This document shows, one piece after another, positions 19,121-27,543 of a DNA stretch of 64,000 nt. The DNA is from Oligoflexus sp. (GTDB lineage: Bacteria; Bdellovibrionota_B; Oligoflexia; Oligoflexales; Oligoflexaceae): NCBI GenBank assembly GCA_014377445.1, contig JACMPP010000023.1, positions 1,539-65,538 of the forward strand, written 5' to 3'. Each line of letters starts with the position of its first letter. Position 1 is the first letter of the stretch. The notes below the pieces were generated by a model, which was given only the letters and a program-made list of their open reading frames with translations, made no database searches and was not told where the DNA came from. The translations under genes were made by a program, and so were the position numbers.

Positions 19121-20200
19121 TCAATCATTATAGTAACTTCCCTTGACGTCGGAAAGGAAGGAAAAGCCTCGCAAAGCCATCTCATTGCGTAGCTCTTCCA
19201 GCATGGAATAGACGGCCAGCGGTCCTCGATAGACCAAAGCGGAATAAATTTGGACGGCCGAGGCCCCCCGGGCGATCCTCTGAAAGACGTCTTGCCCAGA
19301 CAATATGCCGCCAGAAGCGATAAGCGGCATGCGACCTTTCGTCACTTCATGGGCCCATTCGAGGCAAGCTGTCGATTGAGCGGAGATCGCCTGTCCACTC
19401 ATTCCCCCGATCTCCGGTCTCTCAACCCTATGCGTATTGGTCAGGACAAGACCTTGAAAGCCAATATCGGCAAGGGCGGAAACGAGGCCCTGAAAATCCC
19501 TCTTCTTCATGTCGGGATCGAGCTTCACCCACAGTTTGGAGAGAATGTTTTTGTGGCGAAGCCCCAGTTCTTTGAGGAAATGTTCGTTCGCCAACCCGCG
19601 AAGGCCCGCCGTGTTCGGAGAACTCACATTGATTACGAAGTACTTGGCGTGGGGCCCAAAAGTCTCAAGTCCCTGACTATAATCCTCGATCGCCGCATCA
19701 ATCTCGGTATCTTTGTTTTTACCGAGGTTTATGCCCAATGGTATAGGGTCGTGATTCCAGCGTAACGCGTGCAGTCGCCCCTCGACAGTCGATGCTCCAT
19801 CACTGTTAAACCCCATGCGGTTGATCAGCCCCATCTGATCATCGAGACGGAAGAGCCGTGGTTTCGGATTGCCATCCTGGGGGCGTGGGGTGACAGTCCC
19901 CAGCTCAAGAAAGGACAATCCCATTCGTGCAAACCCGCGTGGAGCGCGCGCGTTTTTATCGAAGCCCGCAGCCAATCCAATGGGATGCGCAATCTCGCCA
20001 ATTCCTGGGATATTCATCCCCAAACCTGTGAGTGATGAACCAAAAGAGGGGAGGGGTACGAGCTTGAGAAGATCACGTTCGAGCATCCACATCCCAATGT
20101 CATGGGCTAGCTCAGCTGGCAGCAGGCGCAGTAAGGCGGTGCCGAAATGCATGCTGGAATCGAGAAAGCGTGAGGGGCGGGCTGCGGCCTTTAACGACAT
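19121..20200 (-). CDS. pyrD: Quinone-dependent dihydroorotate dehydrogenase (class 2)
   Basis: GLAAGFDKNA, GTVTPRPQDGNPKPRLFRL, INRMGFNS, NVSSPNT, GASAVQIYS. Confidence 0.95.
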   Translation of the reverse strand: MSLKAAARPSRFLDSSMHFGTALLRLLPAELAHDIGMWMLERDLLKLVPLPSFGSSLTGLGMNIPGIGEIAHPIGLAAGFDKNARAPRGFARMGLSFLELGTVTPRPQDGNPKPRLFRLDDQMGLINRMGFNSDGASTVEGRLHALRWNHDPIPLGINLGKNKDTEIDAAIEDYSQGLETFGPHAKYFVINVSSPNTAGLRGLANEHFLKELGLRHKNILSKLWVKLDPDMKKRDFQGLVSALADIGFQGLVLTNTHRVERPEIGGMSGQAISAQSTACLEWAHEVTKGRMPLIASGGILSGQDVFQRIARGASAVQIYSALVYRGPLAVYSMLEELRNEMALRGFSFLSDVKGSYYND

Positions 20201-20566
20201 GATCAGTTCTCGCTCTAAAAAATTGAATTTCGTTCCTATTGATAAGCATTATTCGGATTCAAGGCAACCATTGACTCGGATCTAAGTATGAGAATTCACA
20301 CTTTCGTTAGGCTTTTCTTGGGAATTATAAGGCGTGTCACGTCTCTGACGCCCACTACGCAAATGATTCCTTGCACGCTATGATAGGGACATAGAATCGA
20401 TCAATACGCTGCCCCTGACCGTCGGAAATTTGTCGACTCCATTCGCGTACTGATTCCGGAAGGTTCCGCGCTTTCCGAATTCGCTCTTCCTATTTCTGCG
20501 CTTTGCCTTAAATGGGCCTCCTCCAAGGCCCTCAATTAACCTATATTTGGTTTAGGACACACAATT

Positions 20567-22723
20567 ATGTTTATCGACGGCATCAAAGTGATTCCGGAAG
20601 GCAGCGCCTCGCCACGCTTGTGGAAATTTCGCAACCCGCAGGGCGCTTACAAACATCTTTGCGTGCTGGCTTGCGAAGCCGAAGACGCGGTTCTTATCAA
20701 ACAGGCAATATCATATGCCCTGTTCGGGGGAAAAGCCGGAAAAGTCCGTGGCGTTCTCTTGGCTTTGACCGATGACAACGGCGATACCTGGATCTTCGAG
20801 AGAAGTCCCGAGAGCTTCCGCGTTTTGAAGAATCGTCAACTCCTTGACGTTCGAAACGACCAGCCACAGCGGGACCTCTTCGCTGACTTCCTGCCCCTCG
20901 ATCCTAAGACCAGTTTTTCGTGGCTTGAATTGACCAGAGCGTTCGAACTGAGTTCGAGCGGACTCGACATCATCGCCGAATCCGATCGCGACAAAGCCCA
21001 AAGGAAGAGCGGCTGGGAGCAACTCGCCAATGACCGTAGTGCCACAACGAAGCTTTCATTTGAGCGCTTTTGGGGCAAATCGGTCGACCTTAGCCTCGTC
21101 GAGAAAATCCTTCCCATCGGTGACGCTTATTCGAGACGCTACGCCTCCATCCAGGAGCAGAGTAAAAACCTCGGTAAAATTTTCCAACAGTTCGATCAGG
21201 TCGACACGCAGCTCATGCGCAAGCTCGAGGTCGAGCTGGAGATGATCGAGCAGATCCGTCGTCTCGCCGAACCGCTGATGCATGCTGCGAAAAGCCCGAA
21301 AAACTGGCATGAGAAGATGTATCAGATCGAAATCGAGAAGCAGCGCCTGGAAGAAGCCATTCATAGTCAGGCGATGCCGATTCCGGAAGATGAAGTGGAT
21401 TGGGGACATGTTCTCCAAGTCCTATCTCGCTCTCTTGCCTGCGATCGACTGGAGAAGACCGCTCGGGCCAGCCTTGCCGAAGCCAAGGACAAGATCGCCC
21501 CTGTGTATCAAGCGCATCGAGCGGCGATCCAAAAATTCCTTGAGCACGATCAGGAACTGATCAAGACTCTCGAAAGCTGTCTTCATGAGCTCGACGCATC
21601 CCTTCATCGCTCCAATGATGCCAACCGCGGTAACGGTAACCTCGCTCATAAGCTCAACAAATTATTGGGTTTCAATCCTGCCGAACCCCTGAAATTGAAG
21701 ACGGAAGGTCATGCCGAGGATGGTATCGACGACGCACGGGCACTCGTGAACCAGGTTCTTCATCATGTGGGTCAGCTATATAGTCAGCTCGAGTCACAAG
21801 CGTCTGTTCATGATGAGAAAATTTCTGACTTCGAGGCTCGCTACGATCAGATCGCTCAGGAGTACGCGAAATCAAAGGACCAGTGGAACAGCCTGGCGCA
21901 AAACCTTGGGCTCAATCCTGAGACGAGCGTAAGCCACTTAATTCTATCCATAAATCTGTATAGTCAACTCTCGGCGCTCCGTCTCCGGGCCGCGAAGCTT
22001 TCGGAAGAGTACGGCGACTACAAGAGCCACATCCGAAGTCTCGTCGCACTCCTGGAGACATGGCGAAGCCATACCGGAAGTCAGAAATCACTGTCACTCG
22101 ATCACCCCAATGTCGTCCTCGCGGAAGCCAAAGGGGTCATGAGCTACGCGGATAAGAAACTCGCACAGGTGAAGAAACTTCGGAGTATTGAGGCTCAAAT
22201 CGAAGCCTATCGCCAGATGAAGGAGCGAATCGCCCTCGACGCGGAGCGGATCGAAACGAAATGGAAGGCCGCTCTCGAGGAGTTGAATCTCCCCCTTCGG
22301 GACCTCGGATCGGAAGAACTCGTGAAGTCGTTCGAGTCCGCTCGGGTGCTTTTGCAGTTTGAATCCATTCGCCAGCAGACGCAACAGGCCCTTAAAAACG
22401 AGCAAATATTCGCAGAACCCGTATTTGATGCGCCTTTGGTTTTCTATTCATGGGGCGAGTCATCCGTTTCCAACAAGGTAAGACTCCAGTTCCTCCAATT
22501 TTTGGAACAGTCCCAGCCTCACGGGTGGGGACTCATCCTTTGTCAGGACCAGGGACTGGTGGAGATGATGCAGAAGCTTGGGCTTAGCTACGGGGAGAAA
22601 ATAGCTGCAAAACCTGCTGAGACAAAGGCTCCAGCAGCGGTCCAGGCGAAGCCTCTGATCTCCGATAAGGCTCGTTCGGTTCTCGAGATATTTGCCTCGA
22701 AGCAGGGTTCGGGTCCTCGGTGA
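20567..22723 (+). CDS. Coiled-coil protein with degenerate SMC/Rad50/YhaN-like head domains
   Basis: N-terminal ...IKQAISYALFG and beta-strands TWIFER, long heptad region, C-terminal PLVF...LQFLEQ...GLILCQD layout; no GKS/T or DD/DE motifs. Confidence 0.55.
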   Translation: MFIDGIKVIPEGSASPRLWKFRNPQGAYKHLCVLACEAEDAVLIKQAISYALFGGKAGKVRGVLLALTDDNGDTWIFERSPESFRVLKNRQLLDVRNDQPQRDLFADFLPLDPKTSFSWLELTRAFELSSSGLDIIAESDRDKAQRKSGWEQLANDRSATTKLSFERFWGKSVDLSLVEKILPIGDAYSRRYASIQEQSKNLGKIFQQFDQVDTQLMRKLEVELEMIEQIRRLAEPLMHAAKSPKNWHEKMYQIEIEKQRLEEAIHSQAMPIPEDEVDWGHVLQVLSRSLACDRLEKTARASLAEAKDKIAPVYQAHRAAIQKFLEHDQELIKTLESCLHELDASLHRSNDANRGNGNLAHKLNKLLGFNPAEPLKLKTEGHAEDGIDDARALVNQVLHHVGQLYSQLESQASVHDEKISDFEARYDQIAQEYAKSKDQWNSLAQNLGLNPETSVSHLILSINLYSQLSALRLRAAKLSEEYGDYKSHIRSLVALLETWRSHTGSQKSLSLDHPNVVLAEAKGVMSYADKKLAQVKKLRSIEAQIEAYRQMKERIALDAERIETKWKAALEELNLPLRDLGSEELVKSFESARVLLQFESIRQQTQQALKNEQIFAEPVFDAPLVFYSWGESSVSNKVRLQFLQFLEQSQPHGWGLILCQDQGLVEMMQKLGLSYGEKIAAKPAETKAPAAVQAKPLISDKARSVLEIFASKQGSGPR

Positions 22724-22920
22724 GTTCGGACAGCAAAAATATTTTTGAACCTCAGAATTTTTTTTCCGACTCCAATTTTAAAAAATTCGTAGCTTTTCGA
22801 GACCAAAAATGTGAAGTTGAATAAAATTCTTTAGGTGATTAAATTGTTGAAATGATTATATTAATAAATACTAAAGATTTGGTTGGTCGATTTTTCTAGA
22901 GCGAATATTAAGCTCAGCTC

Positions 22921-22947
22921 TTTAGTTCTCAGGGAGTAGGCCGATAC
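22921..22947 (+). promoter_or_regulatory. Sigma-28 (FliA)-type promoter
   Basis: TTTAG-N14-GCCGATAC, preceded by an AT-rich tract at about 22730-22910. Confidence 0.6.
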
Positions 22948-23116
22948 GATTTGCATCGCGCTCTTGAGGTGCGGATCCTTCTCCCCTGTGATAGACCTGT
23001 GGTAAGCTGGATCTGAGAGACGCATTTTTTAAGGTGGATTACGAGAACTCGGTTCTCGTCCAAGGTCCCTTCTTGGGGACTGCATATCGTAACTATGTTC
23101 AGGAGGTTTTAGAGTT

Positions 23117-23356
23117 ATGAAGAAAGTCGCTAAGAAGAAAGCCGCTCCAAAGAAAAAAGTAGCGAAGAAAAAAGTCGCTAAGAAAAAAACTGCTGCTAAG
23201 AAGAAAAAAGCTGTTAAGAAAACAGCTAAAAAAGCAGTCAAAAAAGTCAAAAAAGCGGTTAAAAAAGTCGCTAAGAAAAAAGTAGCGAAGAAAAAGGTAG
23301 TGAAGAAAAAAGCTACGAAGCGTAAAAAAGCACTAGCTGTAAAAGCTGCTGCATAA
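23117..23356 (+). CDS. Histone H1-like Lys/Ala/Val-rich basic protein
   Basis: 79 aa, 41 Lys, no acidic residue, repeated VAKKK/AVKK units; AGGAGG SD; its own terminator. Confidence 0.85.
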   Translation: MKKVAKKKAAPKKKVAKKKVAKKKTAAKKKKAVKKTAKKAVKKVKKAVKKVAKKKVAKKKVVKKKATKRKKALAVKAAA

Positions 23357-23371
23357 TTACTCGGAAACAAG

Positions 23372-23403
23372 AAAACGCCAACCTTGAGGGTTGGCGTTTT
23401 TTT
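23372..23403. terminator. Intrinsic terminator (probably bidirectional)
   Basis: AAAACGCCAACC-TTGAG-GGTTGGCGTTTTTTT. Confidence 0.85.
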
Positions 23404-23439
23404 CGTTTTGGTTTTTGCTTCTATACTTTGTCTTTTAGA

Positions 23440-23808
23440 TCAGGCTTTTAACGCTTCGCGCGCCTTCTCGATCAGAGCCTGGAGTTTGATGGGCTTCGAC
23501 AGGACATCCTCCGCCCCCAGGGCGATCGCCTCCTCTTTGGACCGATCGCTATAGCCAGTAATCAAAAAGACCTTTGGTCTCGATGGATTATAGGCCTTAA
23601 TATCCTCAAGCAGCTTCATCCCTCCGCCTTTCGGCATGCGGATATCACTTATAACCAGATCAGGATCCTGAGATTTGACCATCTCAAGAGCCTGAACCGC
23701 GTCACCGGCGATGATCGTCTCGAACCCCTGGCTCTCAAAGCTGAAAGCCATCATTTCACAGATATCGATCTCATCATCTACTATTAGAACTTTAGGCATC
23801 ACTACCAT
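23440..23808 (-). CDS. Single-domain response regulator (receiver)
   Basis: VLIVDDE, SDIRMP, ITG, SKP motifs. Confidence 0.9.
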   Translation of the reverse strand: MVVMPKVLIVDDEIDICEMMAFSFESQGFETIIAGDAVQALEMVKSQDPDLVISDIRMPKGGGMKLLEDIKAYNPSRPKVFLITGYSDRSKEEAIALGAEDVLSKPIKLQALIEKAREALKA

Positions 23809-23811
23809 CCA

Positions 23812-24996
23812 TTAAACGAGGGACTCAAAGATACCAGCCGCGCCCATACCCGTTCCGATACACATCGAAACGATACCATACTTCTGCTTATCCCGTTTCA
23901 TACCGTGAAGCAGAGTTGAGGTAAGTTTTGCTCCGGTTGCTCCCAGCGGGTGACCCATTGCGATGGCTCCACCAGTCTGGTTGATTATGTTCGGGTCGAT
24001 TTCAAGGGTCCTTGTCACAGCAAGTGCTTGCGATGCAAAAGCTTCGTTGAGTTCAACGCGCTGAATATCCTTTAGGGACAGGCCGCCGAGCTTTAATGCG
24101 CGTGGAATGGCTTCGACCGGGCCGATACCCATTACGCGGGGAGGAACGCCTGCAACCGAGAAGCTCACGAAGCGAGCCATGGGTTTCAGATTGTATTTCT
24201 TCACGAACTCTTCCGAGCAAACCATAACCATGGCCGCACCGTCAGACATCTGTGAACTGTTACCTGCGGTGATAGAGCCACCGGTTTTGAAAGCCGCGCG
24301 AAGTCCAGCGAGGGCTTCGAGGCTCGAGTCGGCGCGAGGACCCTCATCGACGGCAAAGCTTTGCTCGACGATTTCGGGTTGGCCGCCTTTTCCGGGTTTG
24401 CGGAAAGTGACTCCGACTGGAACGATCTCGTCTTTAAAGAGACCCAAGGCAATAGCCTTGGCTGCCTTTTGATGGGAAGCCAGAGAGAACTGGTCTTGAT
24501 CCTCGCGACTGACTTTAAAGTCCTTTGCCACGTTTTCCGCGGTCAGACCCATGCCGATGTAATAATCTTCACGACCGTCTTTGGTTACGCTGCGGCTACC
24601 GACCGGCTTGTTGCCCATCATCGGAACCATGCTCATCGACTCGGTGCCGCCGGCGAGAATGCATTCCGCGCCTCCAGCCTGAACCTGAAAAGCCGCCATA
24701 GCGATCGTCTGAAGACCCGAGCTGCAGAAACGGTTGACCGTCACGCCCGGCACAGATTCAGGAAGATCGGCAAGAAGAACTGCAAAACGCGCGATGTTCA
24801 TCCCTTGTTCGGCTTCCGGCATTGCGCAGCCGATGAAGACATCGTCGATCGCATGGGGGTCGACACTCGGATTGGCTTTCATGATCGCTTTGATCACGTC
24901 GGCACATAGATCGTCCGGGCGCTTGGTGCGGAGGGTGCCGCGACCGGCTTTACCGACCGCAGTGCGGAATGGGCTTACTATATAGGCTGTTTTCAT
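23812..24996 (-). CDS. fadA: Acetyl-CoA C-acyltransferase (thiolase)
   Basis: NRFCSSG, NEAFA, GHPLGATG, MCIGTGMG; start moved to ATG 24996 (GGAG SD). Confidence 0.93.
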   Translation of the reverse strand: MKTAYIVSPFRTAVGKAGRGTLRTKRPDDLCADVIKAIMKANPSVDPHAIDDVFIGCAMPEAEQGMNIARFAVLLADLPESVPGVTVNRFCSSGLQTIAMAAFQVQAGGAECILAGGTESMSMVPMMGNKPVGSRSVTKDGREDYYIGMGLTAENVAKDFKVSREDQDQFSLASHQKAAKAIALGLFKDEIVPVGVTFRKPGKGGQPEIVEQSFAVDEGPRADSSLEALAGLRAAFKTGGSITAGNSSQMSDGAAMVMVCSEEFVKKYNLKPMARFVSFSVAGVPPRVMGIGPVEAIPRALKLGGLSLKDIQRVELNEAFASQALAVTRTLEIDPNIINQTGGAIAMGHPLGATGAKLTSTLLHGMKRDKQKYGIVSMCIGTGMGAAGIFESLV

Positions 24997-25014
24997 AGTG
25001 TACGGCTCCAATTC

Positions 25015-27447
25015 TTAGTTTCTGAGTGGCTTGCCCGTTTTGAGCATGGCTTCAATACGTTCCTGAGTTTTTTGCTCGTGGCAAAGTTCGAGGAACACCC
25101 GCCGCTCGAGTTCGAGGAAATATTCCTCGGATACGAACTGTCCGGCATCAATTTCACCGCCGCAAAGAACGGTCACAACTTTTTCCCCGACGAGGGCGTC
25201 GTAAGGAGAAATCTGTCGGCCTTGAACCATGTTGATCATGGCCATGTTGAAAGTCTGAATCCCCGCATCACCCACGACTTTGATCTTGGCCTGCGGAACA
25301 GGCGGCTGATAGCCGTTCTCAGCCAATTCCAAAATGCGTTTCTTCGCTCTTATGACTTGGAAATCACGAGCGTGAGTAACGGTGGCTTTCGCGTGATTGT
25401 AGAGACCCATCTCAATCGCTTCGAGACCGGAAGTCGATGTTCGTCCCATACCGATCAAAAGGAAAGCCTTTTGCAGGAAGGGCATCGGGTCGGCATTTTC
25501 ACCAAGAGCGGCTTGAGCGTAGGCACGCAGAGCCAGTTCCTTGGTTCCGCCGCCGCCTGGAATCAAGCCCACACCCACTTCAACCAAACCGGCAAAAGTA
25601 TCGCCGGCCAGGATCTGTTCGCTGGTGTGAAGACTGACTTCGCAGCCGCCGCCGAGCGTCAGCCCGTGCGGACAGGCGATCGATGGGAAGCTCGCATATT
25701 TAAGAGCCTGCATCGTTCCCTGGAAACGGCGCAAAAGGCTGTCGATCGCATCGAATTTGTTCTCTTTGATCGCGCCCAGAATCTGCTTCAGGTCTGCGCC
25801 AGCCGAGAACACTTCGCCATTGTTCGCAATGACCAAACCGGCAAAATCCGATTTAACTTTCGCAATTGCCGACTGGAAGGTCTCGACGATCTCGTCGTTG
25901 ATCGAGTTCATTTTTGAATGGAAGGTCAGGGCGGCGACACCATCTCCGATGTCGATCAGGCTTGCGCTGCCATTGCCCAGGACAAGAGTCCTCTTGTCTA
26001 CGGCATTTTTCGATTTCGGAAGGTAGATAATGTGGTTTTGGGTTGGAATAGGCTGGTCTTTGCCCGCTTTGCCCAAATACTGCGACTTCGGTCCACTGAT
26101 GTGCCACTCCAGAGAGTTTGGCACCGGCTTGTAGAACGAAATTCCAGGTTTGACCCAATCCGGAAGTTTTACGCCTTCGCCGATCATACGATCACGGATC
26201 GTGTCGTAGCCGAGAGCCTGCCAAAGTTCGAATGGACCCCATTCCCAGTTGAAACCCCATTTAATGGCGTTATCGATGGAAAGTGGCTTATTATCCGCAA
26301 TTTCTTCGAGAAGAATGGCGGAATAGGCCATGGTATCGCGAAGCGTGAGCCAGATAAATTTTGCCCCGTTATCGCTGTGGCTGATGATGAAGCGAATGCG
26401 TTCGATCGTATCGGGGATCTTCTTCGCTTCTTCCATCCAAGGATAAGTCTCAGGAGCTTGCTCGACGTATTTGTCTTCTTTCGGACGGTAAGCGAGGATA
26501 ATGGAGTTCCCCTTCGCATCCGTTTCTTTTTTATAAATTCCGACCGATTTGGTTTTTTGGCCCAAAGAGCCGCGCGCGATCAGGTCATCGATCCATTTCG
26601 GAGGGGTGAAGACCGAAACGTAGGGATCCGTCGGAGCGTATTTGCCAACGTTTTTGGCGACCGCTGCGAAGACGTCGATGCCGACGACATCCATGGTCCT
26701 AAAGGAAGCCGAACTTGGACGGCCGACGGTTTTTCCGCTCAGGGCATCGACAGTTTCCACATTGAGGTTGAGGGCGTCCATGTGAACGAAGGCGGATGTG
26801 ATACTGAAGGTACCGACGCGGTTGGCAATAAAGTTAATAGTATCTTTGGCATAGACTATGCCTTTGCCCAGATATTTTTCGATCCACGCGGTGAGTTCTT
26901 TGATTATCGCCGGATCGGTCCGGGTGTGGGGGATGATTTCAAGAAGCTTCATGTAGCGGGGTGGATTGAAAAAGTGCGTGCCGAAGAAACGGGACTGGAA
27001 AGTCTCGTCGAGATCTTCGGACATTTTTTCCAGTGAGAGACCCGAAGTGTTGGTCGTCACGGGAACATGTGGTTTCGCATACTCCGAAATCTGTTTCAGG
27101 ATGCTTTTCTTGATCTCAAGCTTTTCGGCCACGACTTCAATGATCCAATCGCAGTCGGCGAGGACGGGCATATCATCGGCAAAGTTGCCTGGGATGAGAT
27201 TGGCCAGTATCGACTCGGAGGCAAGAGGCGAAGGCTTGAGTTTCTTCATATTTTCTATCGCCAGGATTGCTGCGGTAGAACGGAAGTTTTTGCCGATCGC
27301 TGCAGCGATCTTTGGATCTTTGTGAGGCGCCTCGGAAGGGAGGTCCAAAAGATGGGTGCGTACGCCAGCAGCTGCCAAATGGGCTGCAATTTGTGCACCC
27401 ATGACGCCGGCTCCGAGTACAGCTACTCTGTGAATTTTGAGTGACAT
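25015..27447 (-). CDS. fadN: 3-hydroxyacyl-CoA dehydrogenase/enoyl-CoA hydratase (FadN-type)
   Basis: GAGVMGAQIA, HFFNPPRYMKLLE, C-terminal crotonase GGGCE...GLVEVGVGLIPGGGG, end TGKPLRN. Confidence 0.9.
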   Translation of the reverse strand: MSLKIHRVAVLGAGVMGAQIAAHLAAAGVRTHLLDLPSEAPHKDPKIAAAIGKNFRSTAAILAIENMKKLKPSPLASESILANLIPGNFADDMPVLADCDWIIEVVAEKLEIKKSILKQISEYAKPHVPVTTNTSGLSLEKMSEDLDETFQSRFFGTHFFNPPRYMKLLEIIPHTRTDPAIIKELTAWIEKYLGKGIVYAKDTINFIANRVGTFSITSAFVHMDALNLNVETVDALSGKTVGRPSSASFRTMDVVGIDVFAAVAKNVGKYAPTDPYVSVFTPPKWIDDLIARGSLGQKTKSVGIYKKETDAKGNSIILAYRPKEDKYVEQAPETYPWMEEAKKIPDTIERIRFIISHSDNGAKFIWLTLRDTMAYSAILLEEIADNKPLSIDNAIKWGFNWEWGPFELWQALGYDTIRDRMIGEGVKLPDWVKPGISFYKPVPNSLEWHISGPKSQYLGKAGKDQPIPTQNHIIYLPKSKNAVDKRTLVLGNGSASLIDIGDGVAALTFHSKMNSINDEIVETFQSAIAKVKSDFAGLVIANNGEVFSAGADLKQILGAIKENKFDAIDSLLRRFQGTMQALKYASFPSIACPHGLTLGGGCEVSLHTSEQILAGDTFAGLVEVGVGLIPGGGGTKELALRAYAQAALGENADPMPFLQKAFLLIGMGRTSTSGLEAIEMGLYNHAKATVTHARDFQVIRAKKRILELAENGYQPPVPQAKIKVVGDAGIQTFNMAMINMVQGRQISPYDALVGEKVVTVLCGGEIDAGQFVSEEYFLELERRVFLELCHEQKTQERIEAMLKTGKPLRN

Positions 27448-27480
27448 ATGCGAACTCCTCAAAAACTAACAATTAGGTCC

Positions 27481-27525
27481 AAAAAAAAAAGCGAATTTGG
27501 TGGACTGATCGTTCACCAAATTCGC
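27481..27525 (-). terminator. Intrinsic terminator after tkt
   Basis: 12-bp stem GCGAATTTGGTG/CACCAAATTCGC followed by T10 on the minus strand. Confidence 0.8.
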
Positions 27526-27543
27526 TCAGGATTCAAGCGGCGT

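Noticed and set aside
20200-20566. Short hairpins in the pyrD/coiled-coil divergent region as a possible ncRNA
   Set aside because: Stems are only 5-6 bp and match no family I recognise.
23117-23356. Repetitive A-rich tract as a CRISPR array or tandem repeat
   Set aside because: No constant repeat-spacer structure; synonymous variation, SD and terminator indicate a Lys-rich CDS.
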